Below, piece after piece: positions 51,911-58,393 of a DNA stretch of 64,000 bases. Both the position numbers and the translations under genes were made by a program. Below the pieces are notes generated by a model, which saw only the letters and a program-made list of their open reading frames with translations, had not been told where the DNA came from and did not search any database. Each line of letters opens with the position of its first letter. Positions within the stretch are counted from its first letter, which is position 1. The stretch is from assembly GCA_963819095.1 (NCBI GenBank), contig CAWFUO010000001.1:265792-329791 (forward strand). The letters are read 5' to 3'. The stretch is from Candidatus Dormiibacterota bacterium. Its GTDB lineage: Bacteria; Chloroflexota; Dormibacteria; Aeolococcales; Aeolococcaceae.

Positions 51911-52046
51911 GGCACCCATTTGGGGGACAATGGTTCGGGCGGCGAGGCGTATGCCTGCCGGGATGTATCGGAGGTCTTTTGCGATGGCTATGGCGTCCTC
52001 CCGACGCAACGACCGTGGACGCCGTCCGGCGGCCAGCGGTGTCGTC

Positions 52047-52238
52047 ATGCGCAACGAAGCCGCCACCCACGAGGTCGAGGTCTCGCGGGCTCTCAATCAG
52101 TGGGCGGTGACGGTGACCTCACTTGCAGACAACCGGATGATCACCCAGGATTTCTTCTCGAGGCGCTGGGAGGCCGTGGCACGCGCCGAGGATTTCGTCC
52201 GCCTGCTCAACCGGTCCGAGCCTCCTCCGGGCTGGTAG
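52047..52238 (+). CDS. small hypothetical protein (63 aa)
   Basis: GC3 rises sharply from Met 40 of the listed ORF (MRNEAATHEVEV...). I recognise no family. Confidence 0.35.
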   Translation: MRNEAATHEVEVSRALNQWAVTVTSLADNRMITQDFFSRRWEAVARAEDFVRLLNRSEPPPGW

Positions 52239-52242
52239 CGGC

Positions 52243-52800
52243 TCAGCCGGCCTCCAGATCCAGGAGCAAGCGCTTGCGGGGCATTCCGCCGCCGTAGCCG
52301 CCGATCGCACCACCGGTGCGCACCACCCGGTGGCAGGGCACGATCACCGGGATCGGGTTGGACCCGAGCGCATTTCCGACGGCCCGCGCACCCCGAGGCG
52401 TGCCCACGTCCACTGCCACCTCGCCGTAGCTCGCCACCGAGCCATAGGGGATCCGAGCCGTGCGGCGGAGCACCTTGCGCGCGAAGTCGCCGACGAGCGA
52501 CCAGTCCAGCGGCACGTCGAAATCGCGGAGCCGGCCTTCGAAGTACTCGTCGAGCTCGCGCCGCACCGGGTCGAGACGCCGTGGCGCCTCGAGGATTCGC
52601 GGCGAGATGTGCATCGCGACCTCGCCGAACACCTCATCGCGGTTCTCGCTCTCGAAGGCGATGCGAACCAGCCCCTTGGGGGTCGCCATGAGGAGCAGGG
52701 TGCCGACCGGGCTGTCCATGGTGGTCACGGCAACGTCCACGAGCCCCTTTGCCGTCGCACGTTCGAGAAAGCGGTTGGTCAGGGCCTGGTCGACGGTCAT
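52243..52800 (-). CDS. ogt: methylated-DNA--protein-cysteine methyltransferase (Ogt/MGMT)
   Basis: The active site IVPCHRVV and the N-terminal Methyltransf_1N-like domain from MTVDQALTNRF are present. The ATG at 52800 overlaps the sigma-gene stop in the repaired frame (ATGA). Confidence 0.9.
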   Translation of the reverse strand: MTVDQALTNRFLERATAKGLVDVAVTTMDSPVGTLLLMATPKGLVRIAFESENRDEVFGEVAMHISPRILEAPRRLDPVRRELDEYFEGRLRDFDVPLDWSLVGDFARKVLRRTARIPYGSVASYGEVAVDVGTPRGARAVGNALGSNPIPVIVPCHRVVRTGGAIGGYGGGMPRKRLLLDLEAG

Positions 52801-53286
52801 TGGAGCTCCTTCCTGAGTTTCTTGAGTTCCTCGTGCACGTTCTGGCGAGCCGAGTTCCTGGGTTACCGACATCGTTGCCGCGATCTCCGGGTAACTCTTG
52901 TCGCCGGCGAAACGGAGCACGACGGCCTTGCGCTGTTTGGCCGGCAGACCTCGAACCTGGTCCCAGAGACCCTCATCGGTGTCGGGCTGCGGGTCCACGC
53001 CCACGCTGAGATCCGGGTCGGCGACGGGGATCGGCCGGCGGGCGCGGGCGCGATGCGAGTCGATTGCCTTGCGCCGCGCGATCGTGAGCAACCAGCCGCG
53101 GAGGTTGGAGGCGTCCCCCAGCCGGGGGTAGGCGCGGAGCGCGCTCAGCATCGTCTCCTGGAAGCAGTCCTCGGCCTCGGACACCCCCACTGCGCCGTTG
53201 AGGAACCTCAGCACCGCGTGTGCGTGCTCGTCGAACACGAACTGGAATGGGGGCAGCGTGTTCGGTTTCACCGTCTTCACCTGCAT
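52797..53286 (-). pseudogene. ECF-type sigma-70 family sigma factor, with one +1 frame break near 52850-52865 that fuses it in silico to ogt
   Basis: Region 2 (FQETMLSALRAYPRL...WLLTIARRKAIDSHR) and region 4 (LPAKQRKAVVLRFAGDKSYPEIAATMSV) lie in the listed frame. The expected C-terminus NSARQNVHEELKKLRKELQ-stop lies in the +1 frame. The span is 490 nt (3n+1). Confidence 0.8.
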
Positions 53287-53324
53287 ATCAAACGCGGGTG
53301 CAGCCTCAAATGTGAGCCGGGCGG

Positions 53325-53957
53325 TCAGGCGGGAGGCGTTTCCTCAGCGGCGGATGCCTCCGCGTCGGAACGCGACTCCTCGGCGGCGTTCTGCGCCGGA
53401 GATTCAGCGGGAGCCTCGACGGGAAAGGCGACCGCCGCCTCCGACACGTCGCCCTCACGCCAGATCGTGAGCATCATGGTGTCCCCGGGCTGGCGCAGAG
53501 CGACGGCGCTGCGAAACTGATCGGCCCCGCCGTTGACGGTGTAGGGCCCGATGCCGGTGATCACGTCACCCGGCAGGATCCCCGCTGCTTCCGCCGGGGA
53601 ACCAGGCTTGACCTGGCCGACTTCGACCCCATATGTGGCGGGAAGCTGCTTCGCGGCGGCGATCTCGCTCGTGACGGTCCTCACCGAGGCGCCGAACGAG
53701 ACGTGCTGGTCATCGCTCTCCTCGCGGGGCAGAAAACGGGCGAGTTGCACTGGGTCGTGACCGACGAGCAGGCGCTCGCCGACCTGGACCACCGGCACCA
53801 CCACCCGGCCGAGGCGACCGAACAGGATGGCTGTCGCCGAGGGATCGCTGAGGACGTCTCGTTTGGTGTACCTGACGCCGCGCTGGTCGAGGTATCGAAG
53901 CGTCGCCTCGGACGCCGGATCCCCGGGACGGACGAAGACCGTGACTGCATCGCTCAC
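53325..53957 (-). CDS. glutaredoxin-fold (no CxxC) + PDZ domain protein with acidic tail
   Basis: The N-terminus VTVFVRPGDPASEATLRYLDQRGVRYTKRDV...VVPVVQVGERLLVG has the NrdH/Grx layout, but DPAS replaces CxxC. The PDZ core is GVEVGQVKPGSPAEAAGILPGDVITGI. Confidence 0.75.
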   Translation of the reverse strand: MSDAVTVFVRPGDPASEATLRYLDQRGVRYTKRDVLSDPSATAILFGRLGRVVVPVVQVGERLLVGHDPVQLARFLPREESDDQHVSFGASVRTVTSEIAAAKQLPATYGVEVGQVKPGSPAEAAGILPGDVITGIGPYTVNGGADQFRSAVALRQPGDTMMLTIWREGDVSEAAVAFPVEAPAESPAQNAAEESRSDAEASAAEETPPA

Positions 53958-53962
53958 GTTCG

Positions 53963-56671
53963 TCAGACCTCGGGTGCATCCCCAGCCGCGGCAGGCGCGA
54001 CGGTGGGCTGCTCGCCAAGCGGTGCGCTGCCATTCTCGGCGGCGGGTGCGGCGGCGGGTGCGGCGCCATTCTCGCCATCAGGGGCGCCGGCGTTCTCGCC
54101 TGCGGGCCCTCCGGTCTGTCCCAGCCCCGCGCCACGTCCGCGTCCGCGTCGACGGCGCCTGCGGCGGCGGCGTTGAGCGCCTTCCTGAGGCTGGCCTTCG
54201 ACCGGAGGCGTGGCGGGGGCAGCGGTGGTTTCCGTACCCGGCTCGCCTGTGCCTGCGGTGACGGGGACGGGCCCTCCGCGCCGCCCACGACGGCGACGAC
54301 GACGGCGCTTCGCGGCGCGCTCCGGGTCCGGCTCATTGCCTCCCTCCCCACCTGAGGTCTGGCCAGGCGGACGCTGCTCACCGCGACGCGGCTTGGGTTG
54401 CGACACGAGCTCGAGGGCGCTGAGCCAGCCACCGGTCGAACGCGACGCCTCGACGAGCATCCCGTACATCGACTCGTCGCCGCTTCGGAGGGTCGCGCTG
54501 TCGCCGATGCATGCGACGAGGCGCTTGGCGCGGGAGATTGCGACGTTGAGGCGGTTGGGGACCCGGAGGAAGCCGATGCGGCCTCTTTCGTTCGACCGCA
54601 CCAGGGAGATGACCACGATGTCCTCCTCGCGGCCCTCGAACGAGTTGACCGTGTCGATCTTGACGGTCCGTTTGAAGCGACGGCGGCCGAGCGCCTGGCG
54701 AAGCCGTTCCACCTGCTCGGCGTACATCGCGATCACCGCCATGCTCAGCTCGCGCGGGGCACGCTCATCGAGAAGCCGGACCACCTGTGCGGCGACCCGA
54801 ACCTCGGCCTCGTTGCGCAGCGCGCCTCCAGGACCGCGCCGCTCGCGCACACCGCGCATTCCCTCCGTGTCCACGAAGTGCAGCGCCACCGGGAACGGCT
54901 TGCGGGTGATGTAGTCGTACTCCAGGACCTCCGGAGCGTTCTCGAGCTGATTGTCATACGACGCAGCCGAGACATACGCGGCGATGTCCGGGTGCATGCG
55001 GTGCTGGATGGTGAGCAGACACTGCGCCTCGGCCGGCAGTCCACCATCCCAGCACTGCTCGAAGAGGCTCCGGTTGACGAGATCCTCGAGCGCTGGGTCC
55101 ACCTCGACGATGCCGTAGAGCGCGTCGTCCTCGACCGGTGGCAACTGCTTGTGGTCTCCAACGAGCGCGAGGCTGCGACCGAGACGCAGAGCGGGAAGCG
55201 CCTCGTCGGCGCGAGCCTTGTTCGCCTCGTCGAGGATCACGATGTCGAAGTTCATGTCGGTGATGCCCGACGTGGCCGCCGTGGCGCAGGTGGCGAAGTA
55301 GCAGTTGGCCTCGAGGAGGCGCGGATCGTCCTCGTCGTCGCAGCGGAACTTGTCGACCGCCGGATGCACGCGCTCGGCGCGAGCCACCCGGACAGCACGC
55401 ATTCCCGGCGTGCCCGCGAGGCGTTCCAGTGCGTTGTCGACAGCCAGGTTGCTGTGCGAGGTGACCAGGATCCGCTCGTCGGGATTGGCGGCGAGCCGGC
55501 GCTTGACCGCCTCGACGATCACCGTCGTCTTCCCTGTGCCAGGCGGTCCCTGGATGAACACGGCCTGTCCGGCGCTGAGCCTGCTGAGCAATCCGACCGC
55601 ACGGTTCTGCGGCTTGTTCGGACGCATCCCGCTGGTGAGCCAGGACGATTCCGCGTCCGACTCGTCCTTGGGGGCGACGATGGTTTCCGGGCTCACGAGC
55701 AGCTGCGCGAGCAATCCCACGCCGAAGTCCTTGGTGGCGATCGCGGCGAGGACCGAGCGCTTTGCCTGGTACAGCGCCTTGTTGAAGGAAGGTGCGATGT
55801 ACCCCTCGCTGCCGGAGTGCTCGAAAGTCCGCGTGACAATCTCGACGACGTGACGCTGGTGATCGATGCGGGCGACGCGGCCAACGAAGTTGGTCTCGTC
55901 GTCGGGCTCGATCAGCACCGCCGCGTCGGGGGTCAGGTTGATCGGCTCGCCCGCGGGGATCTGGAACTCGACCTTGCCGACCTCGGGTGATTTGCGATCC
56001 GCGTCGGTGAACTCTCTCCCGCATGACGGGCATCGCTCATGGGTCTCGGGCCGCCACAGCGCCCGGCACGTACGGCAACGCCAGAACTCGCGTGCCCCAT
56101 TGAATCGGGTGCGCTGCGACTGCGCGCGCTGCTTCTCCGCTCGCTCGAGGCTGTCGACCAGCTTGAGCGTCGCGTAGAGCTGCTCGGACCGCGCGGCGTG
56201 CTGCGTGGAGATCCGCCAGTCAAGAAGGCGGAAGGTGTCGCTCACCACGCCATTGGCAGCGGTGACGATGGGCTCGCGGGTGGTGATTGTCAGCAGCTTG
56301 GCGCCCTCGGGCTGGCCGCCGGTTGGGCGGATCGACATGACGCGCAGACCGAGGTGGTCGCGGCTGCCGTCGTCGCCGGCCTGCGCCACGCATTGCAGCA
56401 CGAGGTCGGGAAGATCGAGGCGCAACTGGATCGGATCCTCGTCGCCGAATGAGACCGAGACGTGGCCGACCTCACCGATGCGCTCGGCAAAAACGGTGCG
56501 CGGATCGGCGCCTGGCTGCGCGCCATCCGCCCATGCTTCCAGGACGGCCATGGCATCGCTGCCGTCGGGCACGATGAGGTGCAGACGATCGAGCGCGAGG
56601 TCTGGGGCTATCAGCGGACTGTCAACCTCGGATGCGCGGTGGCCCTGTCCACCGGCGCAATTACTGGACAT
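53963..56671 (-). CDS. SF1B (Upf1/DNA2-like, AAA_11/AAA_12) helicase with N-terminal zinc-ribbon region and C-terminal poly-Arg low-complexity tail
   Basis: The helicase motifs are GPPGTGKT, ILVTSHSNLAVDN, VILDEANKA, LVGDHKQLPP, TIQHRMHPDI, VNSFEGREEDIVVISLVRSN and GFLRVPNRLNVAISRAKR. A CRTC...CPSCG zinc ribbon and a tail with RRRRRRRGRRGG and RRRRRRRRRGRGRG are also present. The start is placed at ATG 56671 because the upstream part of the 1166-aa ORF is antisense to a better plus-strand gene. Confidence 0.85.
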   Translation of the reverse strand: MSSNCAGGQGHRASEVDSPLIAPDLALDRLHLIVPDGSDAMAVLEAWADGAQPGADPRTVFAERIGEVGHVSVSFGDEDPIQLRLDLPDLVLQCVAQAGDDGSRDHLGLRVMSIRPTGGQPEGAKLLTITTREPIVTAANGVVSDTFRLLDWRISTQHAARSEQLYATLKLVDSLERAEKQRAQSQRTRFNGAREFWRCRTCRALWRPETHERCPSCGREFTDADRKSPEVGKVEFQIPAGEPINLTPDAAVLIEPDDETNFVGRVARIDHQRHVVEIVTRTFEHSGSEGYIAPSFNKALYQAKRSVLAAIATKDFGVGLLAQLLVSPETIVAPKDESDAESSWLTSGMRPNKPQNRAVGLLSRLSAGQAVFIQGPPGTGKTTVIVEAVKRRLAANPDERILVTSHSNLAVDNALERLAGTPGMRAVRVARAERVHPAVDKFRCDDEDDPRLLEANCYFATCATAATSGITDMNFDIVILDEANKARADEALPALRLGRSLALVGDHKQLPPVEDDALYGIVEVDPALEDLVNRSLFEQCWDGGLPAEAQCLLTIQHRMHPDIAAYVSAASYDNQLENAPEVLEYDYITRKPFPVALHFVDTEGMRGVRERRGPGGALRNEAEVRVAAQVVRLLDERAPRELSMAVIAMYAEQVERLRQALGRRRFKRTVKIDTVNSFEGREEDIVVISLVRSNERGRIGFLRVPNRLNVAISRAKRLVACIGDSATLRSGDESMYGMLVEASRSTGGWLSALELVSQPKPRRGEQRPPGQTSGGEGGNEPDPERAAKRRRRRRRGRRGGPVPVTAGTGEPGTETTAAPATPPVEGQPQEGAQRRRRRRRRRGRGRGAGLGQTGGPAGENAGAPDGENGAAPAAAPAAENGSAPLGEQPTVAPAAAGDAPEV

Positions 56672-56830
56672 CGGGACGGCCTCGGGCGGGGCTCTTTGAC
56701 GCGGGGCGACGATCCGATCGACGTCAACCGCGGGGATGCGCGAGGCCTCCCGTCTGCGAATGACTATACCCGATCCCGGCGAGGATGCAACGTGCGCGGT
56801 CGCAACCCTGATGTCAACTACGATCATGTG

Positions 56831-57328
56831 ATGGGCGACGCTTCTCAACCCGGGGTTGACCTGAGTGGGATCCACCAGGAACTCGACAAGCTGAAGTCGC
56901 GCCTCTGCCGCTGCCAGCACCAGGGCACCTGCATGGCCTGCAAAGGCTTCGAGGTGATCCGCCAGCAGGTGCAGGTTGTCGCCGCGGCCGCCTCCCAGCC
57001 GGTGCTGATGCAGGTTGCCCAGGAAGTGCAGATGGAGCAGCTCATGGGTCAGTTGGGCGGACTCCAGGAAAAGCTGTCGGAGGATCCCCAGCTCCAGGAG
57101 TTGATGGCCCGCATGTTCGAGCGCGTCCAGGATGACCTCGGTGGTCCCGAGCAGTTCCAGCAGATGCTCGGCGGCCTTTTCGGGGGAATGGGTGGACTCG
57201 GCGGTATGGCGCCGGACGGCACCGACATTCCCCCTGACGATCGTCCGATCCCTCCCGACGATCGCCCGTCGCCGCCGAAGGACAAGCCAACCCCGCCCGA
57301 CGACCGGCCCACCCCACCACAGGAGTAG
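56831..57328 (+). CDS. hypothetical Q/M/L-rich protein with Cys cluster and C-terminal PPDDRP repeats (165 aa)
   Basis: GC3 is high in this frame, whereas the antisense ORF has poor GC3. The sequence contains CRCQHQGTCMAC, a coiled-coil-like Q/E/L/M segment and the repeats PPDDRPIPPDDRPSPPKDKPTPPDDRPTPP. The gene ends 8 nt before the next gene. Confidence 0.6.
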   Translation: MGDASQPGVDLSGIHQELDKLKSRLCRCQHQGTCMACKGFEVIRQQVQVVAAAASQPVLMQVAQEVQMEQLMGQLGGLQEKLSEDPQLQELMARMFERVQDDLGGPEQFQQMLGGLFGGMGGLGGMAPDGTDIPPDDRPIPPDDRPSPPKDKPTPPDDRPTPPQE

Positions 57329-57336
57329 CTCGAGTC

Positions 57337-58287
57337 GTGTCCACCGCCCGGCTTCGCCGATCAGTTCTTGCCGTTCCCGGCAGCAACCCGAGGATGATGG
57401 AGAAGGCCGCGGCGAGCGCTGCCGACGAAGTGTTCCTCGACCTTGAGGATGCGTGCGCTCCACTCGAGAAGCCGGCGGCGCGAGCGAAGGTCGTTGAGGC
57501 GCTGCGCACGCACGACTGGCACGGCAAGACGCGCGTGGTGCGCATCAACCAGGTCACCGGCCAGTACGCCTTCGACGACCTGCACGAGGTCATCACCGGG
57601 GCCGGTGACATTCTCGATTGCATCATGGTGCCGAAGGTGCGCAATGCCGGCGACATCGCATTCGTCGACCGCGCGCTGCTGCAGCTCGAGCAGGCATTGG
57701 GCTATCCGGTTGGACGCATCGGGATCGAGGCCCAGATCGAGGATGCCGAAGGCGTGATGCGCGCTGACGAGATCGCATTCTCCAGCAGCCGCCTGGAGAC
57801 TTTGACATTCGGGCCGGCCGATTTCTCAGCGTCGATGCAGTTGCCGTCGCTGTCCGTGCGCAACGACTCGACGTATCCGGGCGATGTCTTTCACTACGTG
57901 CTGTTCAAGCTCGCCGTGGCCGCTCGAGCGGCAGGCATCCAGGTCATCGACGGGCCCTACCTCGCCATCCATGACGTCGACGGATACAGAGCCGCAGCCG
58001 CACGTGCCGCGGCGCTCGGCTACGACGGGAAATGGGTGCTGCACCCGGTCCAGATCCAGCCGGCGAATGAAACGTTCACCCCTGCTCAGGCAGACTTCGA
58101 CAAGGCTGCGCACATCCTCGAGGCGTACCGTCAGGCGACCGAGGTGGAAGGCAAGGGGGCGGTGATGCTCGGCGACGAGATGATCGACGAAGCGTCGCGG
58201 AAGATCGCCGTGCAGTTCTACGCACGTGGTGCCGCAGCAGGCTTGACGCCGTCGCCTCCGCATCGGGAGGAGTCCGCGGCGGGCTGA
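57337..58287 (+). CDS. HpcH/HpaI aldolase / citrate lyase beta (CitE)-like CoA-ester lyase
   Basis: RRSVLAVPGSNPRMMEKAAASAADEVFLDLEDA and the remainder of the sequence are CitE/malyl-CoA-lyase-like. Confidence 0.85.
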   Translation: MSTARLRRSVLAVPGSNPRMMEKAAASAADEVFLDLEDACAPLEKPAARAKVVEALRTHDWHGKTRVVRINQVTGQYAFDDLHEVITGAGDILDCIMVPKVRNAGDIAFVDRALLQLEQALGYPVGRIGIEAQIEDAEGVMRADEIAFSSSRLETLTFGPADFSASMQLPSLSVRNDSTYPGDVFHYVLFKLAVAARAAGIQVIDGPYLAIHDVDGYRAAAARAAALGYDGKWVLHPVQIQPANETFTPAQADFDKAAHILEAYRQATEVEGKGAVMLGDEMIDEASRKIAVQFYARGAAAGLTPSPPHREESAAG

Positions 58288-58393
58288 CGGGGCGCGTCGG
58301 CCGGGGACACGTCAACCAGGGGATCCATAGCTGAGGCACGACGGTCCAGGCTGATAGGATGACTATCACATTTAGCTCTTCTAGGGGTGTTGC

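Noticed and set aside
52243-53286. A natural 347-aa ECF-sigma-Ogt fusion protein.
   Set aside because: The linker (ELGSPERARGTQETQEGAP) replaces the conserved end of sigma region 4.2. That missing end (NSARQNVHEELKKLRKELQ-stop) is present in the +1 frame and terminates in an ATGA overlap with the ogt start. A one-base insertion explains the fusion better.
53963-54415. The Arg-rich helicase tail region being non-coding or encoding the overlapping ORFs (53703-54176, 53710-54432, 53827-54261).
   Set aside because: The helicase frame continues without a stop from conserved motif VI and keeps its G/C third positions. The alternative ORFs are equally low-complexity and have no start context or homology.
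53963-57463. The full 1166-aa ORF taken as the helicase gene.
   Set aside because: The first 264 or so codons are the antisense of a plus-strand ORF (56831-57328) that has much better GC3 and is coupled to the next gene. The His/Leu-rich content is what antisense Q/M/E/L coding would give. The helicase start is therefore placed at ATG 56671.
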